NCBI GenBank assembly: GCA_947589545.1
Contig: CANQBA010000013.1
Location: 3,873-67,872, forward strand
DNA: 64,000 bases
Direction of reading: 5' to 3'
DNA from: an uncultured Oscillospiraceae bacterium
GTDB lineage: Bacteria > Bacillota > Clostridia > Oscillospirales > Oscillospiraceae
Part shown: positions 34,437-45,237 of the stretch, one piece after another
Position numbering within the stretch: position 1 is the first letter of the stretch
How the letters are laid out: the number at the start of each line of letters is the position of its first letter
Program-made: the position numbers and the translations under genes
Notes under the pieces: generated by a model
What the model saw: the letters and a program-made list of their open reading frames with translations, nothing else
What the model was told of the DNA's origin: nothing
Databases searched by the model: none

Positions 34437-35513
34437 TCAGAGCCTCGCTATGATCTCGTCGGTGATGGCACGGGTGCCCAGGGGCGTTTTCCCGGAGGCG
34501 CCCACGATGTCGGCGGTGCGCAGGCCCTCGCTTAAGCAGCGGTTCACCGCCGCCTCGATAGCGTCCGCCTCGGAGGCCAGGTCGAAGGAATAGCGCAGCA
34601 TCATGGCGGCGCTGAGGATAGTGGCGATGGGGTTGGCGATGCCGCGGCCCGCGATGTCCGGGGCGGAGCCGTGGATGGGCTCGTACATGCCCCGGGTCGT
34701 CTCGTTTAAGGATGCGCTGGGCAGCATCCCGATGGAGCCGGTGATCTGGCTGGCCTCGTCGGAGAGGATGTCGCCGAACATGTTGCTGGTGACGATCACG
34801 TCGAATTGGGCGGGATTTTTCACCAGCTGCATGGCGGCGTTGTCCACCAGCACGTCGCAAAGCTCCACGTCCGGGTAATCGCGCTCCCCGATCTCGTGGA
34901 CGGTCTTGCGCCAGAGGCGGGAAGTCTCCAGCACGTTGGCCTTGTCGATGGAGCTGACCTTGCCCCGGCGCTTCCGGGCCGTCTCAAAGGCCACCCGGGC
35001 GATGCGCTCGATCTCAAAGCGGGAGTAGCACTCGGTGTCAAAAGCCTCCTCGCCGTATTTGCCCTCCCGGTAGCCCCGGTCGCCGAAGTAGATACCGCCG
35101 GTGAGCTCCCGGACGATCATGATGTCAAAGCCGTCCTTGACGATGTCGGGCCGCAGGGGGCAGTCCCCGGAGAGGGCCGGGTAGAGCCTGGCGGGGCGCA
35201 GATTGGTAAAGAGCCCCAGAGCGGCGCGGATGCCGAGAAGCGCCTTCTCCGGCCGCAGATTTCCGGGCAGGGTGTCCCACTTGGGGCCGCCCACCGCGCC
35301 AAGGAGGACGCTGTCGGAGGCTAAGCACCCATCCACCGTCTCCTGAGGGAGGGGCGCGCCGTTGGCGTCGATGGCGGCGCCGCCGATGAGGTAGGGGGTG
35401 AAGTTGAAGGCGTGGCCGTACTTTTTGCCCACGGTCTCCAGGACGCGCACGGCGCTGTCCACGATCTCCGGGCCGATGCCGTCGCCCCGGAGCAGAGCGA
35501 TGTTGTATGTCAT
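34437..35513 (-). CDS. leuB: 3-isopropylmalate dehydrogenase
   Basis: [18 protein letters not shown]... and [29 protein letters not shown] at 35513 after AAGGTGA. Confidence 0.95.
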   Translation of the reverse strand: MTYNIALLRGDGIGPEIVDSAVRVLETVGKKYGHAFNFTPYLIGGAAIDANGAPLPQETVDGCLASDSVLLGAVGGPKWDTLPGNLRPEKALLGIRAALGLFTNLRPARLYPALSGDCPLRPDIVKDGFDIMIVRELTGGIYFGDRGYREGKYGEEAFDTECYSRFEIERIARVAFETARKRRGKVSSIDKANVLETSRLWRKTVHEIGERDYPDVELCDVLVDNAAMQLVKNPAQFDVIVTSNMFGDILSDEASQITGSIGMLPSASLNETTRGMYEPIHGSAPDIAGRGIANPIATILSAAMMLRYSFDLASEADAIEAAVNRCLSEGLRTADIVGASGKTPLGTRAITDEIIARL

Positions 35514-35576
35514 AGTGATCACCTTAAATGTCAGAGGTTTCATGGGCCGCCCACGGCGGCCCGCATGGTAGTCAGC

Positions 35577-36071
35577 TTACCCGATGATGCCGGCTTTGGC
35601 GGCGTTCACCAGCCCCCCGGCGGAGATGATGTTCTGGATGAAGGCCGGGAAGGGCTCGGTTTTGAAGCTCTCGCCGGTGGTGACGTCGGTGATGACGCCG
35701 GCGTCTAGGTCGGCCTCCACGGCGTGGCCCTCCTCGATAGCCTGGGCAGCCTGGGGGCACTCCACGATGGCAAGGCCGATGTTGATGGCGTTACGGTAGA
35801 AGATACGGGCGAAGGATTTGGCGATAACGAGGCTGATGCCGCTCTCCTTGATGGCGATGGGGGCGTGCTCCCGGGAGGAGCCGCAGCCGAAATTCTCCCC
35901 GCCCACCAGGATATCGCCGGGGGCTATCTTGTCGTGGAAGGACTTGTCGATGTCCTCCATGCAGTGGGCGGCCAGCTCACGGGGGTCGCTGGTGTTCAGA
36001 TACCGGGCCGGGATGATGACGTCGGTATCCACGTTGTCGCCGTATTTGACGACCTTTCCGTTACATTTCAT
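35577..36071 (-). CDS. leuD: 3-isopropylmalate dehydratase small subunit
   Basis: [38 protein letters not shown]. Confidence 0.95.
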   Translation of the reverse strand: MKCNGKVVKYGDNVDTDVIIPARYLNTSDPRELAAHCMEDIDKSFHDKIAPGDILVGGENFGCGSSREHAPIAIKESGISLVIAKSFARIFYRNAINIGLAIVECPQAAQAIEEGHAVEADLDAGVITDVTTGESFKTEPFPAFIQNIISAGGLVNAAKAGIIG

Positions 36072-37333
36072 TTCATTACCTCCTCAGCGGAAGCTATTCT
36101 GCCCATGACGGCGCTGGCGGCGGCGGTGGCGGGGCTGGCCAGATAGACCTCGCTGTCCACATGGCCCATGCGGCCCACAAAGTTGCGGTTGGTGGTGGAG
36201 ACGCACCGCTCCCCCTCCGCCAGGATCCCCATATACCCGCCCAGGCACGGCCCGCAGGTGGGGGTGGAGACGACACATCCCGCTTCAATGAAATCCTTGA
36301 TGAAGCCGGCCTCCAGGCACTTTAAGTAGATGTCCTGGGTGGCGGGGATGATAATGGCCCGGACGTTACGGGCCACTTTGCGGCCCTTCAGGATGTCGTC
36401 GGCCTCCTTCATGTCCTTGAAAAGACCGTTGGTGCAGGAGCCGATGACCACCTGGTCGATTTTGATTTCCCCGGCCTCGTCCACGGTCTTGGTGTTCTCC
36501 GGGAGATGCGGGAAGGCCACGGTGGGGCGGAGGGCGGAGAGGTCGATCTCGTATGTTTCGTCGTACAGGGCGTCCTCGTCGGCCTTGAAGACCCGCACTT
36601 CCCGCTTGGCGTGCTCCTTTTCATAGGCCAGGGTCACCTCGTCCACCTCAAAGATGCCGTTTTTCGCGCCTGCCTCGATAGCCATGTTGCAGACGGTGAG
36701 CCTGTCGGGCATGGAGAGGGAGTGGGCGCCGGGGCCGGTGAACTCCATGGACTTATACCGGGCGCCGTCCACACCGATCATGCCGATGATGTGCAGGATA
36801 AGATCCTTGCCGGAGACGTATGGGGGCAGAGCGCCGGTGAGGACGAACCGGATGGCGGAGGGCACCTTGAACCAGGCCTTGCCGGTGGCCATGCCGAAGG
36901 CCATATCCGTGGAGCCCACGCCGGTGGAGAAGGCCCCCAGGGCGCCGTAGGTGCAGGTGTGGGAGTCCGCGCCGATGGCGAGATCCCCGGTGACCACCAG
37001 GCCCTCCTCGGGGATCAGGGCGTGCTCGATGCCCATCCTCCCCACGTCGAAAAAGCTCTCCAGCTCCTGCTGGGCGGCGAAGTCCCGGCAGCACTTGCAC
37101 TGCTGGGCGGCCTTGATGTCCTTGTTGGGGACGAAGTGATCCATGATCAGGGTCACGGTATCGGGGTTGGCTACCTTCTCAAACCCCATCTTTTTAAACT
37201 CCCGGATGGCTACCGGGGAGGTGATGTCGTTGCCGTGGATGCGGTCAAGCTGGCAGAGAATCAGCTGGCCGGCCTCCACGCTCTCAAGGCCCGCGTGGGC
37301 GGCAAGAATTTTTTGTGACATGGTCATTGGCAT
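36068..37333 (-). CDS. leuC: 3-isopropylmalate dehydratase large subunit
   Basis: [11 protein letters not shown]...[27 protein letters not shown]. The start is chosen at the ATG 10 nt after AGGA; the alternatives at 37342/37327 are within 9 nt. Confidence 0.93.
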   Translation of the reverse strand: MPMTMSQKILAAHAGLESVEAGQLILCQLDRIHGNDITSPVAIREFKKMGFEKVANPDTVTLIMDHFVPNKDIKAAQQCKCCRDFAAQQELESFFDVGRMGIEHALIPEEGLVVTGDLAIGADSHTCTYGALGAFSTGVGSTDMAFGMATGKAWFKVPSAIRFVLTGALPPYVSGKDLILHIIGMIGVDGARYKSMEFTGPGAHSLSMPDRLTVCNMAIEAGAKNGIFEVDEVTLAYEKEHAKREVRVFKADEDALYDETYEIDLSALRPTVAFPHLPENTKTVDEAGEIKIDQVVIGSCTNGLFKDMKEADDILKGRKVARNVRAIIIPATQDIYLKCLEAGFIKDFIEAGCVVSTPTCGPCLGGYMGILAEGERCVSTTNRNFVGRMGHVDSEVYLASPATAAASAVMGRIASAEEVMK

Positions 37334-37404
37334 AGGGGTCACATCCTTTTATGTAAGGTTATAGCGTTTCGGGGGAAAGGGCCGCCGTGGGCGGCCCTTA
37401 TTTT

Positions 37405-39069
37405 TTACAGCTTGTTGATGATAGCGCCCTTGTCGGCGGAGCTGACCTGGGCCGCGTAGCGCTTGAGGTACCCGGTGATGTCCGTCTTCACCATGGGCTT
37501 TTCGGCGGCCTTCCTCGCGGCGATCTCCTCGTCGGGAACCTTCAGGGTGATGGTGTGGTTGGGGATATCGATGGCGATAAGATCCCCCTCGTGGACATAG
37601 GCGATGAGGCCGCCGGAGGCCGCCTCGGGGCTCACATGGCCGATGGACGCGCCCCGGGTAGCGCCGGAGAAGCGGCCGTCGGTGATGAGGGCCACGGTCT
37701 TGTCAAGGCCGGCGCCGGCGATGGCGGAGGTGGGGTTGAGCATCTCCCGCATACCGGGGCCGCCGGCGGGGCCCTCGTACCGGATGACGATCACGTCGCC
37801 GGGGTGGATGCCGCCCTCATAGATGACCTTGATGGCCTCCTCCTCGCTGTTGAAGACCCGGGCGGGGCCCTCGTGCCGGAGCATCTCCGGGGCCACGGCG
37901 GAGCGCTTCACCACGCAGCCGTTCTCCGCCAGATTGCCGAACAGCACGGCGATGCCGCCGGTCTCGGAGTAGGGATTGTCGATGGGCCGGATGACCTGGG
38001 GATCCAGATTTTCCACGCCCTCCAGGTTCTCCGCCAGCGTCTTCCCGGTGCAGGTCATGACGGAGGTGTCCAGAAGTCCCTTTTTCGTCAGCTCCTTGAG
38101 CACCGCGTAGACGCCGCCCGCCTCGTTCAGATCCTCCATATAGGTGGGGCCGGCGGGGGCCAGATGGCAGAGGTTGGGGGTCCTGGCGCTGATCTCGTTG
38201 GCCATGCTGATATCGAAGTCCACGCCGCACTCGTTGGCGATGGCGGGGAGGTGGAGCATGGAGTTGGTGGAGCACCCCAGGGCCATGTCGGCGGTGACGG
38301 CGTTGCGGATGGCGGCCTCGGTCATGATGTCCCGGGCGCGGATATTTTTCCGCACCAGCTCCATCACCTGCATCCCGGCCCGTTTGGCAAGGCTGATGCG
38401 GGCGGAGTAGGCCGCCGGAATGGTGCCGTTGCCGCGAAGCCCCATGCCCAGGACCTCGGTGAGGCAGTTCATGGAGTTGGCGGTATACATGCCGGAGCAG
38501 GAGCCGCAGGAGGGGCAGGTCTTGCACTCGTATTCCCGCAGCTTGGTATCACTGATCTTTCCGGCGGAGTAAGCGCCCACGGCCTCGAACATGCTGGAGA
38601 GGCTTGTCTTGTGCCCGTCCACGCGGCCGGCCAGCATGGGGCCGCCGGAGACGAACACGGTGGGCAGGTTGAGCCGCGCCGCGGCCATCAGCAGGCCGGG
38701 CACGTTCTTGTCGCAGTTGGGGATCATCACCAGGCCGTCAAAGCCGTGGGCCATGACCATGCACTCGGTGGAGTCGGCGATAAGATCCCGGGTGACCAGG
38801 GAATATTTCATGCCCACATGCCCCATGGCGATGCCGTCGCAGACGGCGATGGCGGGGAAAACGATGGGCGTGCCGCCGGCCATAGCCACGCCGGTTTTCA
38901 CCGCCTCGGTGATCTTGTCCAGGTTCATGTGGCCGGGGACGATCTCGTTGTAGGAGCTGACGATGCCGATAAGGGGCCGCTGGAGCTCCTCGTCGGTGAG
39001 GCCCAGGGCGTAATAAAGCGACCGGTGCGGCGCGTTGCCGAAGCCGTTGACTATGGTGTCTTTTACCAT
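37405..39069 (-). CDS. ilvD: Dihydroxy-acid dehydratase
   Basis: [45 protein letters not shown]. Confidence 0.95.
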   Translation of the reverse strand: MVKDTIVNGFGNAPHRSLYYALGLTDEELQRPLIGIVSSYNEIVPGHMNLDKITEAVKTGVAMAGGTPIVFPAIAVCDGIAMGHVGMKYSLVTRDLIADSTECMVMAHGFDGLVMIPNCDKNVPGLLMAAARLNLPTVFVSGGPMLAGRVDGHKTSLSSMFEAVGAYSAGKISDTKLREYECKTCPSCGSCSGMYTANSMNCLTEVLGMGLRGNGTIPAAYSARISLAKRAGMQVMELVRKNIRARDIMTEAAIRNAVTADMALGCSTNSMLHLPAIANECGVDFDISMANEISARTPNLCHLAPAGPTYMEDLNEAGGVYAVLKELTKKGLLDTSVMTCTGKTLAENLEGVENLDPQVIRPIDNPYSETGGIAVLFGNLAENGCVVKRSAVAPEMLRHEGPARVFNSEEEAIKVIYEGGIHPGDVIVIRYEGPAGGPGMREMLNPTSAIAGAGLDKTVALITDGRFSGATRGASIGHVSPEAASGGLIAYVHEGDLIAIDIPNHTITLKVPDEEIAARKAAEKPMVKTDITGYLKRYAAQVSSADKGAIINKL

Positions 39070-39085
39070 GCTGTTTTCTCCTTTT

Positions 39086-39448
39086 TTATTCCTGATGCTC
39101 CCCCGTCCGAGCCTGCGCGCCGTGGGGGAACATGAACCGCACGGGCTTCCCCGCGGCTCTGGCGTACTCGATCTCGGAGGCGGTGCTTTTGCCGATGTAG
39201 TCGTCCCGGTTGACGACGAAGATGGAGTCGGACATGTCGATCCGCTGACGGTGGATATCCGCCAGGAGGGCTTCTGTCTCAGGGGAAACGGTTTTGCCCT
39301 CGGCGTGCTCGAAAAAGCCCAGGGAGATCACAAGCTTGCCCGCCAGAGTCAGGGCTTCCTGGGCTTTCAGGAAATCCTCCTTGAAGCGGGTACTGCCGCA
39401 GAGGGTCACGACCTCATGCCGGCCGCTCCCGCAAGCCCTCTCCTCCAT
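39086..39448 (-). CDS. Small protein resembling nucleoside 2-deoxyribosyltransferase-like/DUF4406 folds; function unknown
   Basis: ORF 39086..39541 trimmed to [26 protein letters not shown]...[34 protein letters not shown]. Sits between ilvC and ilvD. Confidence 0.45.
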   Translation of the reverse strand: MEERACGSGRHEVVTLCGSTRFKEDFLKAQEALTLAGKLVISLGFFEHAEGKTVSPETEALLADIHRQRIDMSDSIFVVNRDDYIGKSTASEIEYARAAGKPVRFMFPHGAQARTGEHQE

Positions 39449-39478
39449 CAAATTCGCACCCTTTCCAATCAATATATA

Positions 39479-39601
39479 TTTTTTCCGAGGACATGCGCCT
39501 CGGAAAAAATACCTCAGGGTAAACATATCTGAATTTCGCAAAATTCAGATATGTTTTACCGCACGTTCCCTTGGCATTGAAAGGCCGCAAAGCGGCCTTT
39601 C
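39479..39601. repeat. Modular three-hairpin element, copy 1
   Basis: H1 39479-509: T6CCGAGG-acatgcg-CCTCGGA6. H2 39521-56: 16-bp perfect stem around CTGAATTT-cgca-AAATTCAG. Conserved CCGCACGTTCCCTT at 39559-72. H3 39579-601: GAAAGGCCGC-aaa-GCGGCCTTTC. Confidence 0.7.
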
Positions 39602-39609
39602 AAGCCAGT

Positions 39610-40641
<1,032 letters not shown>

Positions 40642-40689
40642 TTAAAGTGAATTTGATTATACTTTCGGCCTTCGCCGGAAAAAGCGTTT

Positions 40690-40790
40690 TGTGCGCGGCG
40701 GGCCTGCCGTGCGGCGGCCCGTGCAAGGTGAAAACGGGGCCGTAGGGGCCGCCTCTCTTGGCGGCCCGCGCCTCTCTTGGCGGCCCGCTT
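40690..40790. repeat. REP-like hairpins in the ilvN-ilvC spacer
   Basis: GTAG(40742-45) GGGCCGCC tctctt GGCGGCCC(40760-67), followed by a partial re-duplication gcgcc tctctt GGCGGCCC. An additional CGGGCC..GGCCCG hairpin at about 40698-40720. Confidence 0.6.
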
Positions 40791-40798
40791 AGCCGGCC

Positions 40799-41323
40799 TC
40801 AGTTGATATCCGGCTGCTCCAGGATGGATCCGCCGCCCTTTTGCAGGGCCACAATGCCGGTGCGGCACAGCTCGATAATCCCCAGGGGCTTTATCATCTC
40901 GATGAGGGCGTCGATCTTGTCCGGGGTGCCGGTGACTTCGATGCACAGGGCCTCCACGGAGTAGTTGATGATCTTGGCCTTGAAGATGTCCAGAGCGGAG
41001 AGGACGCGCTGGTGGTTGTCGGGATTATTTTTGATCTTCACCAGCACCAGCTCCCGCTCGATGGCGTCGATCTCCTCCAGAAGCTCCACCTTCTTGACGT
41101 TGAAGAGCTTCCGAAGCTGATTGATCATCTGGGCCCGGGCGTAGCCGTCGCCGGACATGGTGATGGTGATGCGGCTGTACTCCGGGGACTCGGTGACGCC
41201 CACGGTGAGGGAGTCGATGTTGAAGCCGCGCCGGGTGAACATGCTGGTGACGCGGGTCAGGACGCCGAATTTGTTCTCCACATAGACGGCGATGACGAAC
41301 TTGTTGCTTTTCGGTTCAGACAC
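40799..41323 (-). CDS. ilvN: Acetolactate synthase small (regulatory) subunit
   Basis: VIAVYVENKFGVLTRVTSMFTRRGFNIDSLTVG (ACT domain). GTG start. Confidence 0.9.
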   Translation of the reverse strand: MSEPKSNKFVIAVYVENKFGVLTRVTSMFTRRGFNIDSLTVGVTESPEYSRITITMSGDGYARAQMINQLRKLFNVKKVELLEEIDAIERELVLVKIKNNPDNHQRVLSALDIFKAKIINYSVEALCIEVTGTPDKIDALIEMIKPLGIIELCRTGIVALQKGGGSILEQPDIN

Positions 41324-41326
41324 GGC

Positions 41327-43006
41327 TCACACCTCCTTCTTCTTCACGGTGATGATGTCGTCGATGGCGCCGCCGGGGGGCAGCATGGGCAGGACGAATT
41401 CGTCCTTGTCGATGAGGCAGTCGATGACGGTGACGTCGTCGGACCGGATGGCCTTTTCAAAGGCCGCCTCAAATTCTGCGGGGGCGGCGGCTCTGACGCC
41501 CTTGGCGCCGAAGGCCTCGGCCAGCTTCACGTAGTCGGTCCGGCGCACGTCCAGATTCGTGTCCGCGTAATGGTGGTTGAAAAAGAGCGTCTGCCACTGG
41601 CGCACCATGCCCAGGGTCTTGTTGTCGATGAGGACGACGGTCACGGGTATACGGTAGGTGACGGCGGTGGCCAGCTCGTTGAGATTCATGCCAAAGCTGC
41701 CGTCGCCGGTGATGAGGACGGTGCGCTCCCCGGTGCCCACGGCGGCGCCGATGGCCGCCCCCAGGCCGAAGCCCATGGTGCCGAGCCCGCCGGAGGAGAT
41801 CATCTTGCGGGGCTTTTGGAACCTGATATACTGGGCCGCCCACATCTGGTGCTGGCCCACGTCGGTGGCCACGGGGGTGTCGGCGGTCTTGTGCCGGTTG
41901 ATGATCTCCATGACCTTCAGGGGCGTCAGGATCTCCGGGTCGTCAGTAAGGAAGCTTATCTCCTTCTCCCGCAGATCCTCGACGTGATCCATCCACTCCA
42001 TGTGATTGGCCTCGTGGACGGAGTCGATGAGCTCCCGGAGGGCCTCGGCAATGTTGCCGGTGATGCCGATATCGGCGGTGATGTTCTTGCTGATCTCCGC
42101 GAAATCCGCATCGATGTGGATGATGCTTGCGTTTTGGGCGAACTTCGCCTTATTGCCCGTGGCCCGGTCGGAAAAGCGGGTGCCGATGGCGATGATGAGA
42201 TCCGCGTCGTTGGAGGCCATGGAGCTGGCGTAGTGGCCGTGCATCCCCTGCATCCCCAAAAAGCGGGGGTGATCCGTGGGGATGCCGGAGAGGCCCATCA
42301 GAGAGCAGCCGATGACCGCGTCGATCTTGTCCGCCAGCTCCAGCACCAGCTCCTCGGTCTGGGAGCCGATGACCCCGCCGCCGATGTGGATGAAGGGCCT
42401 GGAGCGGGAGTCGATGAGCGCGGCGGCCTGGGCGATCCTGTTCCGGTTGGGGGCGTGCTGGGGGAAGGGCTCCGCCACGGGCTGGGGCTCGTAGTCCGCC
42501 ACGGCGGTCTGGATGTCCTTGGGGATGTCGATGAGCACGGGGCCGGGGCGGCCGGATTTGGCGATGCGGAAGGCCTCCCGGATCTTGTCGGCCAGCTTGT
42601 TCACGTCGTGGATGAAGTAGTTGTGCTTGGTGATGGGCAGGGTGATGCCGGTGATGTCGATCTCCTGGAAGGAGTCCCGGCCGATGAGATCCTGGGGCAC
42701 GTTGCCGGTGATGGCCACCATGGGCACGGAGTCCAGCATGGCGGTGGCGATGCCGGTGACCAGATTCGTGGCCCCCGGGCCGGAGGTGGCGATGACCACG
42801 CCCACCTTGCCGGTGGCCCGGGAATAGCCGTCGGCGGCGTGGGACGCCCCCTGCTCATGGGCGGTAAGGATATGGTGGAGGCGGTCGCCCGCCTCGTATA
42901 TGGCGTCGTAGAGGTTCAGCACCTGTCCGCCGGGATACCCGAACACGTCGGTCACGCCCAGCTCGATCAGTGTCTCGACGACGATCTGCGCTCCTGTCAA
43001 TTTCAT
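41327..43006 (-). CDS. ilvB: Acetolactate synthase large subunit (biosynthetic, ThDP-dependent)
   Basis: MKLTGAQIVVETLIELGVTDVFGYPGG and GLGTMGFGLGAAIGA..ITGDGSFGMN. Confidence 0.95.
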   Translation of the reverse strand: MKLTGAQIVVETLIELGVTDVFGYPGGQVLNLYDAIYEAGDRLHHILTAHEQGASHAADGYSRATGKVGVVIATSGPGATNLVTGIATAMLDSVPMVAITGNVPQDLIGRDSFQEIDITGITLPITKHNYFIHDVNKLADKIREAFRIAKSGRPGPVLIDIPKDIQTAVADYEPQPVAEPFPQHAPNRNRIAQAAALIDSRSRPFIHIGGGVIGSQTEELVLELADKIDAVIGCSLMGLSGIPTDHPRFLGMQGMHGHYASSMASNDADLIIAIGTRFSDRATGNKAKFAQNASIIHIDADFAEISKNITADIGITGNIAEALRELIDSVHEANHMEWMDHVEDLREKEISFLTDDPEILTPLKVMEIINRHKTADTPVATDVGQHQMWAAQYIRFQKPRKMISSGGLGTMGFGLGAAIGAAVGTGERTVLITGDGSFGMNLNELATAVTYRIPVTVVLIDNKTLGMVRQWQTLFFNHHYADTNLDVRRTDYVKLAEAFGAKGVRAAAPAEFEAAFEKAIRSDDVTVIDCLIDKDEFVLPMLPPGGAIDDIITVKKKEV

Positions 43007-43037
43007 GGCGTTTCTCCTACTCTATGGTTATTTGGGC

Positions 43038-44705
43038 TCATTTCTTCTCCAACAGCCTGTTCACGGCGGAAACCAGGGCCTTGATGGAGCTGACGATGAT
43101 GTCCCGGCTGACGCCCACGCCCCAGAACATCTCGCCGCTCTGGGACTTGATGCCCACGTAGCTGGCGGCCTTGGAGGTGGAGCCCTCGTCCAGGGCGTGC
43201 TGGGTGTAGACCTCCAGGGTGTAGGGCTGGTCGATGACCAGCTTGACGGCGTTGGATACCGCGTCAAGGCGCCCGTTGCCGAAGGCGGTGACCTTCTGCT
43301 TCACGCCCTTGTAGAGCACCGTCACCGTGGCGGTGATGCCGTCCGGCTCCTGGACGTAATGGGCCTCGGGGACGTTCATGACGGACTTGACGTTGACGTA
43401 GTTTTCGTTGAAGATGTTGAAGATCTCCTGGGGAAGAAGCTCCCTGTGCTCCCGGTCGGAGATGCCCTTGATGTGGTAGCCGAAGGCCTCCCGCATCCTG
43501 GCCGGCAGGGTGTAGTTGAACTGCGTCTCCAGGATGTACCCGATGCCGCCCTTGCCGGACTGGGAGTTGATGCGGATGACGTCCGCCTCGTAGACGCGCC
43601 CCAGGTCGGTGGGGTCGATGGGCAGATAGGGCACCGTCCAGGGCTCCTCCGGGTGCTCCTCCCGCCAGTGCATCCCCTTGGCGATGGCGTCCTGATGGGA
43701 GCCGGAGAAGGCGGCGAAGACCAGCGCGCCGGAATAGGGCTGGCGCTCGTAGACCCGCATACGCGTGACCTTCTCATACGTCCTTGTGATGGCGGGCAGG
43801 TCGTGGAAGTCCAGCTCCGGATCCACGCCCTGGGAGTACATATTCAGGGCCAGGGTGACAATATCCACGTTTCCGGTGCGCTCGCCGTTGCCGAAGAGCG
43901 TCCCTTCCACCCGCTCCGCCCCGGCCAGAATACCCATCTCGGTGTCCGCGATGGCGCAGCCCCGGTCGTTGTGGGGGTGGAGGGAGACGATGATGCCGTC
44001 CCGGTATTTGAGATTCTTGCACATATACTCGATCTGGCTGGCGTACACGTGGGGCATGGAGTGGCTCACCGTCACGGGCAGGTTGTAGATGACCTTCCGC
44101 TCCGGGGTGGGCTTCCAGATCTCGCTCACCGCGTCGCAGATCTCCAGGGCGAACTCCGGCTCGGTGCCGGTGAAGCTCTCCGGGGAGTACTCAAAGCGGA
44201 AATTCCCCGGCGTTTTGGCGGCGTACTCATTGAAAAGCTTCGCGCCGGAGACGGCGATGTCCACGATCTCCGCCTTCGATTTTTTGAACACCTGCTCCCG
44301 CTGGGCCACGCTTGTGGAGTTGTAGAGGTGGACAATGGCGTTCTTACAGCCGGAAACGGCCTCGAAGGTCTTTTTGATGATGTGCTCCCTGGACTGGGTC
44401 AGCACCTGGATGGCCACGCCGTCGGGGATCATATCCCGCTCGATCAGCGCCCGGCAGAACTCGTACTCCGTCTCGGAGGCGGCGGGGAAGCCCACCTCGA
44501 TCTCCTTGAAGCCGATCTTCACCAGAAGCTCGAAAAACTCCAGCTTCTCCTCTAAGCTCATGGGGATGATCAGGGCCTGGTTGCCGTCCCGCAGATCCAC
44601 GCTGCACCAGGTGGGGGCCTTTTCGATGTGATCCTTTTTCATCCAGTCGGTGTAGTTCCCCTCCGGGACGAAATACTGCCGTGTGTACTTTTCAAAACCT
44701 TTCAT
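43038..44705 (-). CDS. leuA: 2-isopropylmalate synthase (long, LeuA type 2)
   Basis: MKGFEKYT..APTWCSVDLRDGNQAL and SLHPHNDRGCAIADTEMGILAGAERVEGTLFGNGERTGN. ORF 43038..44765 trimmed to the ATG at 44705. Confidence 0.95.
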   Translation of the reverse strand: MKGFEKYTRQYFVPEGNYTDWMKKDHIEKAPTWCSVDLRDGNQALIIPMSLEEKLEFFELLVKIGFKEIEVGFPAASETEYEFCRALIERDMIPDGVAIQVLTQSREHIIKKTFEAVSGCKNAIVHLYNSTSVAQREQVFKKSKAEIVDIAVSGAKLFNEYAAKTPGNFRFEYSPESFTGTEPEFALEICDAVSEIWKPTPERKVIYNLPVTVSHSMPHVYASQIEYMCKNLKYRDGIIVSLHPHNDRGCAIADTEMGILAGAERVEGTLFGNGERTGNVDIVTLALNMYSQGVDPELDFHDLPAITRTYEKVTRMRVYERQPYSGALVFAAFSGSHQDAIAKGMHWREEHPEEPWTVPYLPIDPTDLGRVYEADVIRINSQSGKGGIGYILETQFNYTLPARMREAFGYHIKGISDREHRELLPQEIFNIFNENYVNVKSVMNVPEAHYVQEPDGITATVTVLYKGVKQKVTAFGNGRLDAVSNAVKLVIDQPYTLEVYTQHALDEGSTSKAASYVGIKSQSGEMFWGVGVSRDIIVSSIKALVSAVNRLLEKK

Positions 44706-44734
44706 AATCTTCCCTTTCCGGTATTTTTGGGTAC

Positions 44735-45058
44735 AAAAAAAGCCTCTTTTACCCAAAATACGCAAATATTTCAGGATAAAGAGACGAAAGAAAACTTCCG
44801 CGGTACCACTCTTCTTGGCGCTTGCGGCGCCCGCTCAACCCGCGTCCAATAACGCGGCCTCTCTGTAACGGGAGAACCCGTTCCAGCCTACTGACGAAAG
44901 ACTTCGCGTTCAGCCGACAGCTCCGGGAGGAGTGTGATGTTCACCCGATGCCGCTTTACACCTGCCAGCGGCTCTCTGCGATCGACGGCGGACACCTTTG
45001 TTCCCATCTCAGCCTTTTTCTGTTCCCTTATAATACAACGCATTAAATCAGATGTCAA
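44735..45058 (-). promoter_or_regulatory. Promoter plus T-box riboswitch leader (probable Leu, CUC specifier) with intrinsic terminator, controlling the leuA-ilv-leu operon
   Basis: Minus strand reads TTGACA(45058-53), 17-nt spacer, TATTAT. GA/K-turn (GGC UGA GA UGGG ... CCCG GA GCU). AGAGAG bay. GGUGUAA distal loop. AGUAGG and F-box CCCGUUA. T-box AGAGUGGUACCGCGG (plus 44799-44812). Long terminator hairpin plus U7 (44735-44785). Confidence 0.8.
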
Positions 45059-45237
45059 GGCTCATTTTTTCTTTTTACGTTTTAGCAAAACCGGCTCGTA
45101 AAATTGCCGAAATTTCCGGCAATTTAGCGATATCAACGGCAAAATACGCCTTGAAAAACCGTAAAAACAGTGTATAATAGGTACGTTTACCGCTTCCTTC
45201 CCCCGCGGCATACTCTTTTCCGAAACGAGGTATCACC

